64,000 nucleotides of DNA from Pristiophorus japonicus. Taxonomy: Eukaryota. How positions within the stretch are numbered: the first letter of the stretch is position 1; every line of letters starts with the position of its first letter. The stretch is from positions 310,001 to 374,000 of the forward strand of contig NW_027254369.1 of the NCBI RefSeq assembly GCF_044704955.1. The letters run 5' to 3'. A model generated the notes under the pieces. The model was not told the origin of the DNA. It ran no database searches and saw nothing but the letters and a program-made list of their open reading frames with translations. The translations under genes were made by a program, and so were the position numbers. Below, in pieces: positions 25,334 through 38,101 of this stretch.

Positions 25334-28016
25334 TGGACTGCAGCGGTTCCAGAAGGCGGCTCACCATCACCTTCTCAAGGGCAATTAGGGATGGGCAATA
25401 AATGCTGGCTTTGCCAGCGATGCCCACATCCCAGGAACGAATAATTTTAAAAATTGGTCATGAGGCGCCTTGGGACGTTCGGTGATCACGAAAGGCATTA
25501 TAGAAATGCAAGCCTTTCTTTTTACAGTCAATCCCTTCTGTACTGCTGCTTACCAATGTAAAAACACAGCTGGAATCAAGATTACTGGTGTCAGTCTGGC
25601 TCAGTGACAGCACGCTCACCTCGGAGAGAGAAGGCTGTGAGTTCGAGTCCCATTCTAGGAGTGCAGCACAAAATCTAGGCCGACACTCCAGCGCAGTGCT
25701 GAGGGAGTGCTGCTGCTCTGTTGGAAGGGATGTGGGATCACACTGGAAACCCACCAGCATGTTTGAGGGAGATCCCATGGCACTATTTGAAGAGCAGGGT
25801 GTCCTGGCCAACATTCCTCCCACAGCCATCTGGCCACCTCAAATCAGAAAATACTATTTTGAGATACAGTATACGAGTAATTAGAGACATGGCGTGTGGT
25901 GAGTGTAGCGCATTTGGGAGGAACAGGTGACTTTGGACTAATGTTTCCCCTTTTTTTTTTTGGTTGCGCTTCCCTTTAATAGGATGCGTTAGCGGCACGC
26001 ACAAAACTTCACGACACGAAAGCTGGCCCCGGGGCCTGCGTGGGACCGGCAGACGAGAGAGGACATTGCCTTGGACCCATGGTTCCCAAAGTTCTCCACT
26101 AGTGGGGGTTTTCCTCGCCTCATGCCTGGGTCTGTTGTAGACTGCTGCGATTGGTCAGCAACTTCATTATCGTTGCATCGTGCGACCACCGGGAGGTGGA
26201 AGGCGAAATGGATCAACCTTGGTCTTTTTTCGTCCCGTGATTCCCATCTTCCTATCTCACTGACAGCACCTGACGGAGTAAAATGGCTGCCGCATTTACT
26301 CCCATGATGACAGCAATTGCACGATTTAGTTCACTGTATGGGAAGCACTTTGGGGCATTTATGAAAGCCCTGAAGTTCTACACAAGTACAAGCCTTTTTT
26401 AAAAACCAGATTCTAGGGGCTTTGGTCTCCGTATCTTGCGCTGGTGCCCAGTCAACCCAGAGTGCAGAACCTGACAACAAACACGCGAGGGAGAGAGCAG
26501 CACACGGAATCACGGAAATAGAGGAGTAAATGTGTCGGCAGAGCGCAGAGATTCCCAGGCACCGCTCTCTGGTGACCTGTGTCGATGACCCAGTACACTG
26601 GATCGGGCAGCGCCGACCGGATTAATTCTGTTGCTCTCAGCTGTGCTTACTGCTAACTAAATCTTCCTCAGGGTCTTAGAACGGTGGCAATCCTCCCTTT
26701 TGTGCTGCGCCAAGATCCTTCCCGCGGTGGCAGCCGACAGGCGGGTCCGCTCGCTCGCTGCCCTCATGACCCCAAAGAGGGTTCGCCAGAGCCGGAAACT
26801 GGGAACAGCTGCCAAGCATGGTGGCTGAACCTGGACAGCGAGTGCCTGCAGGCTATTTAACCATGGGGGAATCACAGCTAATCCCAATCCTGCCTTAAGG
26901 TCCACACAAATGCAGACAGCACACATCACAGGGGAGCGCCCGCGACCAGCGCACCCGGGAGCATTTATATAGTGCCTTTTGCAAAGAATAAATTCACAAG
27001 AGCAAAAATCAAACATTATACACAGTCAGTGAATGCCAGACAGCAGCAGTGACCACAGGCTGCGTAGATCATACAGAGGGAGTGTACGTCATACTGTGTC
27101 CTCAAGAAAATGGAAAATTCTGCTCAAGCATCCAGCTGAATCTACACCAACACCGTTGCTACTTGGCACAGTAACAAATTAAAGATCTCAGCCGTGGCTC
27201 AGTGGGCAGCACCCTCGTCCGAGTTATAAGGCTGTGGGTTCAAGTCTCACTCCAGATACTTGAGCACAAAATCTAGGCTGATGCCCGGGTACAGTACTGA
27301 AGGAGTGCTGCACTGTCAGAGGTGCCGCCTTTCAGATGACACATTAAACTGAGGCACATGTGCTCTCTCAGATGGATGTAGAGCAGGGGAGTTATCCCCG
27401 GTGTCCTGGGGCCAATATCTATTCCTCAATCAACATCACAAACAGATTATCTGGTCATTATCACATTGCAGTTTGTGGGAGCTTGCTGTGCACAAATTAG
27501 AAGCACAGAACGGTCACAGCACAGGAGGCCGCCATTCGGCCCGTCGAGCCCGTGCCAGCTCTCTGCAAGAGCACTTCAGCCGGTCCCACCCCCCGCCTCC
27601 CCATCCCCCACCCTTTCCCCGTAGCCCTGAATCTCTTTTTCCTTCAGGTACTTATCTAATCCCCTTTGAATGCCACGATTGAGTCTGCCTCCACCACCCT
27701 TTCAAGCCGTGCATTCCAGAATTAAACCACTCACAGCGTAAAAAGGTTTTGCATGTCGCCTTTGGTTGTTCTGCCAATCACCTTAAATGTGTGCTCTGGT
27801 TCTCGACCCTTCTGCCAATCAGAACAGTTTCTCTCGCTCTACTCTGTCTAGACCCCTCAATTTTGAACTCCTCAATCAAATCTCCTCTGCTCAAAGGAGA
27901 ACAACCCCAACTTCTTCAGTCTCTCATCCCTGGAATAATTCTCGTAAATCTTTTCTGCACCCTCTCGAAGGCCTTCATATCCTTCCTAAAGTGTGGTGCC
28001 CAGAATTGGACACAAA

Positions 28017-29002
28017 GGGCCCAAGTTTCCACGAGAAAAAAAACGGGCGCCCCTCCGAGCTGGGCGCCCATTTCTCACGCCTAAAACGGCGCCTAAAAAA
28101 ATCCTCGGTATTCTCCACCGACTTACAGGTCCTCTGGCACTCGACGCAGCCAGCACGAGCTGTGGGGGGGGCGGAGCCAGGTCCCGGTGCTGAAAACCGT
28201 GCTGGGACCTCTGCACATGCGCGCTACAGTCGGCACGCAAGTGCAGTAGCTCCAGGCGCCGAACTGTGTGGGAGGGGCCCGAAGCACGCAGCCCCTAGCC
28301 CTGGCCCAATGGCCTCACTGGGGCTGCGTGAATGAGGCTCCTCCCACGGCCAGCTCCTACTCTCCCCCCCCCCCCCCCCCCCGACCATACCTGACCCGAC
28401 ACCACTCCCCCCACCCCCGACCCCCGCTCCGCCCCGGGACCCGCTCTCCCTCCCCCCCGACCCCCGCTTCTCCCCCCACCCCCTGCTCCCACCCTCTCTT
28501 TTTCTCTCTCTCTCTGCGGCACGAACGGCTGCAGAAGCACTTTCACAGGTGGGAAGATGGTTTATTTAATCTTTTCTTGGCTTATAAATGTTTATTCAGG
28601 TTGGATTTATTTGTATAATATTTGTAGAAGTATAAATAAGGATTTATTGTCAAATTTAATGAGTTCCCTTCCCCCCCCCCCCACCTCGTTCTGGACGCCT
28701 AATTTGTAACCTGCGCCTGATTTTTTAATGTGTAGAACAGGTTTTTTCAGTTCTACAAAAATCTTCACTGGCTCCATTCTACTTTAGTTTGGAGTACATT
28801 TTCACTGTGGAAACTTTCAAATCAGGCGTCAGTGGCCGGACACGCTCCCTTTTGAAGAAAAAATTCTGTTCTAAACTAGAACTGTTCTACCTGACTAGAA
28901 CTGCAGAAAAAAGAAATGTGGAGAATTGCGATTTCTAAAATAGTCCGTTCTCCACCAGTTGCTCCTAAAAATCAGGCGCGAATCATGTGGAAACTTGGGT
29001 CC
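28017..29002. mobile_element. MITE copy 2 (chimeric)
   Basis: Same TIRs; left flank as copy 3, right flank as copy 1. Confidence 0.85.
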
Positions 29003-32000
29003 ATTGAAACACAGAAAATAGGTGCAGGAGTAGGCCATTCGGTCCTTCGAGCCTGCACCGCCATTCAATAAGATCATGGCTGATCATTCACCTCGGTAAC
29101 CCTTTCCTGCTTTCTCTCCATAACCGGTCTATAATTACCCGTTTTCTCTCTCCCTCCTTTCTTAAAAAGTGGTGTTACATTAGTTACCCTCCAGTCCAGA
29201 GGAACTGACCCAGAGTCGATAGACTGTTGGAAAATGATCACCAATGCATCCACTATTTCTAGGGCCACTTCCTCAAGTACTCTGGGATGCAGACCATCAG
29301 GCCTCGGGGATTTATCGGCCTTCAATCCCATCAATTTCCCCAACACAATTTCCCACCCAATAAGGATATCTTTCAGTTCTTCCTCCTCACTCGACCCTCG
29401 GTCCCCTAGTATTTCCAGAATGTTATTTGTGTCTTCCTTCGTGAAGACAGAACCAAAGTATTTGTTCAACTGGTCTGCCATTTTTGTTCCCCATTATAAA
29501 TTCATCTGAATCTGACTGCAAGGGACCTACATTTGTCTTCACTAATCCTTTTCTCTGGACTGCAGCGGTTCCAGAAGGCGGCTCACCATCACCTTCTCAA
29601 GGGCAATTAGGGATGGGCAATAAATGCTGGCTTTGCCAGCGATGCCCACATCCCAGGAACGAATAATTTTAAAAATTGGTCATGAGGCGCCTTGGGACGG
29701 TCGGTGATCACGAAAGGCATTATAGAAATGCAAGCCTTTCTTTTTACAGTCAATCCCTTCTGTACTGCTGCTTACCAATGTAAAAACACAGCTGGAATCA
29801 AGATTACTGGTGTCAGTCTGGCTCAGTGACAGCACGCTCACCTCGGAGAGAGAAGGCTGTGGGTTCGAGTCCCATTCTAGGAGTGCAGCACAAAATCTAG
29901 GCCGACACTCCAGCGCAGTGCTGAGGGAGTGCTGCTGCTCTGTTGGAAGGGATGTGGGATCACACTGGAAACCCACCAGCATGTTTGAGGGAGATCCCAT
30001 GGCACTATTTGAAGAGCAGGGTGTCCTGGCCAACATTCCTCCCACAGCCATCTGGCCACCTCAAATCAGAAAATACTATTTTGAGATACAGTATACGAGT
30101 AATTAGAGACATGGCGTGTGGTGAGTGTAGCGCATTTGGGAGGAACAGGTGACTTTGGACTAATGTTTCCCCTTTTTTTTTTTGGTTGCGCTTCCCTTTA
30201 ATAGGATGCGTTAGCGGCACGCACAAAACTTCACGACACGAAAGCTGGCCCCGGGGCCTGCGTGGGACCGGCAGACGAGAGAGGACATTGCCTTGGACCC
30301 ATGGTTCCCAAAGTTCTCCACTAGTGGGGGTTTTCCTCGCCTCGTGCCTGGGTCTGTTGTAGACTGCTGCGATTGGTCAGCAACTTCATTATCGTTGCAT
30401 CGTGCGACCACCGGGAGGTGGAAGGCGAAATGGATCAACCTTGGTCTTTTTCCGTCCCGTGATTCCCATCTTCCTATCTCACTGACAGCACCTGACGGAG
30501 TAAAATGGCTGCCGCATTTACTCCCATGATGACAGCAATTGCACGATTTAGTTCACTGTATGGGAAGCACTTTGGGGCATTTATGAAAGCCCTGAAGTTC
30601 TACACAAGTACAAGCCTTTTTTAAAAACCAGATTCCAGGGGCTTTGGTCTCCGTATCTTGCGCTGGTGCCCAGTCGACCCAGAGTGCAGAACCTGACAAC
30701 AAACACGCGAGGGAGAGAGCAGCACACAGAATCACGGAAATATAGAGGAGTAAATGTGTCGGCAGAGCGCAAAGATTCCCAGGCACCGCTCTCCGGTGAC
30801 CTGTGTCGATGACCCAGTACACTGGATCGGGCAGCGCCGACCGGATTAATTCTGTTGCTCTCAGCTGTGCTTACTGCTAACTAAATCTTCCTCAGGGTCT
30901 TAGAACGGTGGCAATCCTCCCTTTTGTGCTGCGCCAAGATCCTTCCCGCGGTGGCAGCCGACAGGCGGGTCCGCTCGCTCGCTGCCCTCATGACCCCAAA
31001 GAGGGTTCGCCAGAGCCGGAAACTGGGAACAGCTGCCAAGCATGGTGGCTGAACCTGGACAGCGAGTGCCTGCAGGCTATTTAACCATGGGGGAATCACA
31101 GCTAATCCCAATCCTGCCTTAAGGTCCACACAAATGCAGACAGCACACATCACAGGGGAGCGCCCGCGACCAGCGCTCCCGGGAGCATTTATATAGTGCC
31201 TTTTGCAAAGAATAAATTCACAAGAGCAAAAATCAAACATTATACACAGTCAGTGAATGCCAGACAGCAGCAGTGACCACAGGCTGCGTAGATCATACAG
31301 AGGGAGTGTACGTCATACTGTGTCCTCTCAAGAAAATGGAAAATTCTGCTCAAGCATCCAGCTGAATCTACACCAACACCGTTGCTACTTGGCACAGTAA
31401 CAAATTAAAGATCTCAGCCGTGGCTCAGTGGGCAGCACCCTCGTCCGAGTTATAAGGCTGTGGGTTCAAGTCTCACTCCAGATACTTGAGCACAAAATTT
31501 AGGCTGATGCCTGGGTACAGTACTGAGGGAGTGCTGCACTGTCAGAGGTGCCGCCTTTCAGATGACACATTAAACTGAGGCACATGTGCTCTCTCAGATG
31601 GATGTAGAGCAGGGGAGTTATCCCCGGTGTCCTGGGGCCAATATCTATTCCTCAATCAACATCACAAACACAGATTATCTGGTCATTATCACATTGCAGT
31701 TTGTGGGAGCTTGCTGTGCACAAATTAGAAGCACAGAACGGTCACAGCACAGGAGGCCGCCATTCGGCCCGTCGAGCCCGTGCCAGCTCTCTGCAAGAGC
31801 ACTTCAGCCGGTCCCACCCCCCGCCTCCCCACCCCCCACCCTTTCCCCGTAGCCCTGAATTTCTTTTTCCTTCAGGTACTTATCTAATCCCCTTTGAATG
31901 CCACGATTGAGTCAGCCTCCACCACCCTTTCAAGCCGTGCATTCCAGAATTAAACCACTCGCAGCGTAAAAAGGTTTTGCATGTCGCCTTTGGTTGTTCT

Positions 32001-32245
32001 GCCAATCACCTTAAATGTGTGCTCTGGTTCTCGACCCTTCTGCCAATCGGAACAGTTTCTCTCTCTCTACTCTGTCTAGACCCCTCAATTTTGAACTCCT
32101 CAAATCAAATCTCCTCTGCTCTAAGGAGAACAACCCCAACTTCTTCAGTCTCTCATCCCTGGAATAATTCTCGTAAATCTTTTCTGCACCCTCTCGAAGG
32201 CCTTCATATCCTTCCTAAAGTGTGGTGCCCAGAATTGGACACAAA

Positions 32246-33286
32246 GGGCCCAAGTTTCCACAAGAAAAAAAACGGGCGCCCCTCCGAGCTGGGCGCCCGT
32301 TTTTCACGCCTAAAACGGCGCCTAAAAAAATCCTCGGTATTCTCCACCGACTTACAGGTCCTGTGGCACTCGGCGCAGCCGGCACGAGCTGTGGGGGGGG
32401 CGGAGCCAGGTCTCTGCGCTGAAAACAGTGCCGGGACTTCTGCACATGCACGCTACAGTCGGCACACAAGTGCAGTAGCTCCAGGCGCCGAACTGTGTGG
32501 GAGGGGCCCGAAGCACGCAGCCCCTAGCCCTGGCCCAATGGCCTCACTGGGGCTGCGTGAATGAGGCTCCTCCCACGGCCAGCTCCTGCTCCCCGCCCGA
32601 CCAGACCCCGACACTCGCTCCCCCCGCTNNNNNNNNNNNNNNNNNNNNNNNNNNNNNNNNNNNNNNNNNNNNNNNNNNNNNNNNNNNNNNNNNNNNNNNN
32701 NNNNNNNNNNNNNNNNNNNNNNNNNNNNNNNNNNNNNNNNNNNNNNNNNNNNNNNNNNNNNNNNNNNNNNNNNNNNNNNNNNNNCGGCACGAATAGCTGC
32801 AGAATTCTCCTTGGCTGAAGCACTTTCACACAGGTAGGAAGATGGTTTATTTAATCTTTTCTTGGCTTATAAATGTTTATTCAGGTTGGATTTATTTGTA
32901 TAATATTTGTAGAAGTATAAATAAGGATTTATTGTCGAATTTAATGACTTCCCTTCTCCCCCCCCCACCTCGTTCTGGACGCCTAATTTGTAACCTGCGC
33001 CTGATTTTTTAATGTGTAGAACAGGTTTTTTCAGTTCTACAAAAATCTTCACTTGCTCCATTCTACTTTAGTTTGGAGTACATTTTCACTGTGGAAACTT
33101 TCAAATCAGGCGTCAGTGGTCGGACACGCCCCCTTTTGAAGAAAAAATTCTGTTCTAAACTAGAACTGTTCTACCTAACTAGAACTGCAGAAAAAAAAAT
33201 GTGGAGAATTGCGATTTCTAAAATAGTCCGTTCTCCACCAGTTGCTCCTAAAAATCAGGCGCGAATCATGTGGAAACTTGGGCCCA
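32246..33286. mobile_element. MITE copy 3 (contains an assembly gap)
   Basis: gggcccaagtttccaca ... tgtggaaacttgggccc; interrupts the CR1 sequence ggacacaa|tactccag. Confidence 0.85.
32629..32784. other. Assembly gap
   Basis: Run of N inside the C-rich part of the MITE. Confidence 1.
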
Positions 33287-34367
33287 ATACTCCAGTTGAG
33301 GCCAAACTAGTGTTTCACAAAGGTTCGTGATAACTTCCATGTTTTAGTCCTCTATGCCTATGAATAGTCATGAAGCCCAGGATCCCGTATGCTTTAACCG
33401 CTTTCTCAACCTGCCCACTTCCAACAATTTGCACATGTATACCCCCAGGCCTCTCTGTTCCTGCACCCCCTTTAGGATTGTACCCTTTAGTCTATATTGC
33501 CTCTCTTCATTCTTCCTACCAAAATGTATCACTTCGCACTTTTCTGTGTTAAATTTCATCTGCCACGTGTCTGCCCATTCCACCAGCCTGTCTGTGTCTT
33601 CCTGAAGTCTATCACCATCCTCCTCACTGTTCTTCCAAGTTTTGTGTTATCTGCAAATTTTGAAATTATGCCCTGCACACCAAGTCCAAGTCATTAATAC
33701 ATATTAAGAAAAGCAGTGTCCCAGTACCGACCCCTAGGGACCACCACTGTATACCTTCCTCCAGTCCGAACAACAACCATTCACCACTACTCTCTGTTTC
33801 CTGTCACTTAGCCAATTCCGTATCCGGCTGCCACTGTCCCTTTTATTCCACTGGCTTCAACTTTGCTGGCAAGCCTATTATGTGGCACTCTATCAAACAC
33901 CTTTTGGAAATCCATGTACACCACGTCAACCGCATTGCTATCAACCCTATCTGCTACTCATCAAAAAACTCGTCAAGTTAGTTAAACACAATTTGTCTTC
34001 AACAAATCCTTGCTGACTTCCCGTAATTAATCCACACTTGTCCAAGTGACTTAACTTTGTCCCTGATTATTGCCACTACCAAAGTTAAACTGACTGGCCT
34101 GTAGTTGCTGGGTTCATCCTTACACCCTTTTTTGAACAAGGGTGTAACAATTACAATTCTCCAGTCCCCTGGCACCACCACACCCCCCCCCCCCCCCCCC
34201 CCCACCCCTCCCTATCGATGGAAGATTATGGTCAGTAGCCCCGCGATTTCCTCCTTAACTTCCCACAGCATCCTCGGATGTATCCCAGCCGAGTGACTTA
34301 TCCACTTTAAGTAGTCAGCCTTTCTAGTACCTCCTCTAATTTTTAATCTCAACTACCTCCTTTCACT

Positions 34368-34832
34368 CATCACCATAAGTGGTCCCTCGAACGAGGATGA
34401 CTTGCTTCCACACCAAAAGAGATGAGTTCACAAATGTTTCAATGAAGGACCCGATGTTCCAGTCCTGAACTCCAATTGAGGGGGTGCAAGATGCCTGTGC
34501 GTGGATTTTTTTAACATGTGGTGACCGTTACACACCAGCCACCACACGGGCTTGACAGAGCTCGGCCTTTCTCCAGTGGCAAGGGTTAACCAGGACGACT
34601 GGAGATCTGCTCTGCTGCACGGACCTAGTGCGCACACATATCGCAGTGTGGGCTGGCCCGTGCTGCCCCTGGGCCCCCGACTCTTCTGGGCCCCGTACCC
34701 TCATTTGCCGCACCTCATCTACAATCTTCCCGCTCCTCCGCTGTGCCTGGGCCCTGCCGATGTTCCTGCCCACGCTCTAACCGGCGACCTGGGCCTTGAT
34801 GATGTTACCCAGTCGCCCACCTCAAAGTCGTC
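34368..34832 (-). mobile_element. RTE-tailed retroposon copy
   Basis: Reverse complement of ~540-1008; tcact on both sides. Confidence 0.8.
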
Positions 34833-35121
34833 ACTATGACTTTGGCAGCATCTTCTTCCGTGGTGAAGACAGATGCAAAGTGCTCATTTAGTCCCTCAGC
34901 ATGCCCTTTACTGTCATGCGTAGGACTCCATTTTGGTCCCTAATTGGCCCCACCACTCCTCTTACTAACCATTTATTATTTATATGCCTGTAGAAGACTT
35001 TTGTATTCCCTTTTATGTTAGCTGCCAATCTATTCTCGTACTCTCTCTTTGCCCCTCTTATTTCCTTTTTCACTTCCCCTCTGAACTTTCTAGATTCAGC
35101 CTGGTCCTCACTTGTATCCTC

Positions 35122-36690
35122 AACATAGAAACATAGAAAATAGGTGCAGGAGCAGGCCATTCAGCCCTTCTAGCCTGCACCGCCATTCAATGAGTTCATG
35201 GCTGAACATGAAACTTCAGTACCCCATTCCTGCTTTCTCGCCATAACCCTTGATCCCCCGAGTAGTAAGGACTTCATCTAACTCCCTTTTGAATATATTT
35301 AGTGAATTGGCCTCAACTACTTTCTGTGGTAGAGAATTCCACAGGTTCACCACTCTCTGGGTGAAGAAGTTTCTCCTCATCTCGGTCCTAAATGGCTTAT
35401 CCTCAGACTGTGACCCCTGGTTCTGGACTTCCCCAACATTGGGAACATTCTTCCTGCATCTAACCTGTCTAAACCCGTCAGAATTTTAAATGTTTCTATG
35501 AGGTCCCCTCTCATTCTTCTGAACTCCAGTGAATACAAGTCCAGTTGATCCAGTCTTTCTTGATAGGTCAGTCCCACCATCCCGGGAATCAGTCTGGTGA
35601 ATCTTCGCTGCACTCCCTCAATAGCAAGAATGTCCTTCCTCAAGTTAGGAGACCAAAACTGTACACAATACTCCAGGTGTGGCCTCACCAAGGCCCTGTA
35701 CAACTGTAGCAACACCTCCCTGCCCCTGTATTCAAATCCCCTCGCTATGAAGGCCAACATGCCATTTGCTTTCTTAACCGCCTGCTGTACCTGCATGCTA
35801 ACCTTCAATGACTGATGTACCATGACATCCAGGTCTCGTTGCACCTTCCCTTTTCCTAATCTGTCACCATTCAGATAATAGTCGGTCTCTCTGTTTTTAC
35901 CACCAAAGTGGATAACCTCACATTTATCCACATTATACTTCATCTGCCATGCATTTGCCCACTCACCTAACCTATCCAAGTCACTCTGCAGCCTAATAGC
36001 ATCCTCCTCGCAGCTCACACTGCCACCCAACTTAGTGTCATCCGCAAATTTGGAGATACTGCATTTAATCCCCTCGTCTAAATCATTAATGTACAATGTA
36101 AACAGCTGGGGCCCCAGCACAGAACCTTGCGGCACCCCACTAGTCACTGCCTGCCATTCTGAAACGTACCCATTTACTCCTACTCTTTGCTTCCTGTCTG
36201 ACAACCAGTTCTCAATCCACGTCAACTGGTTCTCCCTTGTCCACTCTACTGGAAACATCCTCAAAAAATTCCAGAAGATTTGTCAAGCATGATTTCCCTT
36301 TCACAAATCCATGCTGACTTGGACCTATCATGTCACCTCTTTCCAAATGCGCTGCTATGACATCCTTAATAATTGATTCCATCATTTTACCCACTACCGA
36401 TGTCAGGCTGACCGGTCTATAATTCCCTGTTTTCTCTCTCCCTCCTTTTTTTTTTAAAAAGTGGGGTTACATTGGCTACCCTCCACTCCATAGGAACTGA
36501 TCCAGAGTCAATGGAATGTTGGAAAATGACTGTCAATGCATCCGCTATTTCCAAGGCCACCTCCTTAAGTACTCTGGGATGCAGTCCATCAGGCCCTAGT
36601 GATTTATCGGCCTTCAATCCCATCAATTTCCCCAACACAATTTCCCGACTAATAAAGATTTCCCTCAGTTCCCCTCCTTACTAGACCCTC
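35122..36690 (-). mobile_element. Young 5'-truncated CR1 with a small internal deletion near 36220
   Basis: RT ORF 35377-36264; catagaaacatagaaa tail. Confidence 0.95.
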
Positions 36691-36821
36691 ATACTCACTC
36701 CTTTTCTACTGCATCGTACTCTATCTCTTTCGTCATCCAGGGAGCTCTGGCTTTAGTTGCCCTACCTTTCCCTCTCATGGGAATGTACCTCGACTGTACC
36801 CGAACCATCTCTTTAAAGGCA

Positions 36822-37466
36822 AGCTACCACCAAGCTGTAGTAACACCCGCCCTCCTGTACGGATCAGACGATGTACAGAAGACACATCAAGTCGCTGGAG
36901 ATATATCACCAACGATGTCTCCGCAAGATCCTGCAAATCCCCTGGGAGGACAGACGCACCAACATCAGTGTCCTCACCCAGGCTAACATTCCCAGCATTG
37001 AAGCACTAACCACACTCGATCAGCTTCGCTGGGCAGGCCACTTAGTTCGCATGCCAAACAAGAGACTCCCTAACCAATTGCTCTATGCAAAGCTCCTTCA
37101 CGGCAAACGAGGCAAAGGTGGACAGCGGAAACATTACAAGGACACCCTCAACGCCTCCCTGGTGAAGTGTGACAGCTCCACTGACACCTGGGAGACACTG
37201 GCCGAAGACTGCCCTAGGTGGAGAAAGTGCATCCGGGAGGGCGTTGAGCTCTTCGAAACTCAACGCCGCAAGCGTGAAGAGGTCAGGCGCAGACAGCGGA
37301 AGGAGCGTGTGGTGAATCAGACCCACCCACCCCTTCCGCCGACGTATGTCTGTCCCACCTGTGACAGGGACTGTGGCTCTCTTATTGGACTGTTCAGCCA
37401 CCAAAGAACTCATTTTATAAGTGGAAGCAAGTCTTCCTCGATTCTGAGGGACTGCCTATGAATGAA
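36822..37466 (+). mobile_element. RTE-clade LINE 3' fragment
   Basis: HQRCLRKILQIPWED..QLRWAGHLVRM..C2H2 finger CPTCDRDCGSLIGLFSHQRTH; TSD ttaaaggca. Confidence 0.92.
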
Positions 37467-38101
37467 TTAAAGGCAGCCCATTGTTCGATGTCAGTTTTGC
37501 CCGCCAATCTTTGATTCCAATTTACCCGGGCTGGATCTGTTCTCAACCCACTGAAACATGCCTTCCGACAATTAAATATTTTTACTCTGGATTGCTCCCT
37601 GTCCTTTTCCACAGCTAATCTACACCTTGTAATAGCATGATCACTGGTCCCTAAATGTTCCATATTGAACGTACTGAAGAAGACAGTTCTCCTAAGCACA
37701 CCAGAAATTCTTCCCCCCCCCCCCTCTGCCCTTTACACTATTACTATCCCAGTCTATGTTCGGATATAGTTCTTACTCTCTAATTTCCTTGCAAATTTGC
37801 TCCTCTATCTTTCCCACGAGTAGAAGGCCTGTAGAATACATACAGTAGTGTAATGGCACCTCTATTGTTTCTTAACTCTAAATAGATTCTGTCCTCGATC
37901 TCGCCAGGACATCCTCTCCCTCCAGCACTGTAGCAGTCACCGGAACCAACACTGCCACCCCAACTCCTTTCCTTCCTTTTCTATCTTTCCTGGACACCTT
38001 TTTGAGTCAGGTCTCCGTTATCACCACAAAATCATATTCCCATGTGGGTATATGTGCCTGCAGCTCGCCAACCTTATTTACGTTTGTGCGTTCACACACA
38101 G

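Larger units (their letters stand above)
23517..32246. repeat. Tandem segmental duplication (copy A 23517-28016, copy B 29003-32246)
   Basis: Near-identical sequence at an offset of ~4222 bp (e.g. ORFs at 25262 and 29484, 25588 and 29810); each copy holds CR1, two Deu-SINEs and unique DNA. Confidence 0.95.
31727..38100 (-). mobile_element. Old, degraded CR1 hosting nested insertions
   Basis: Collinear CR1 ORF2 remnants (WQMKFNTEKCEVIHFG; NYRPVSLT; YENRLAANIK; SDHAITR) between younger inserts. Confidence 0.75.
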
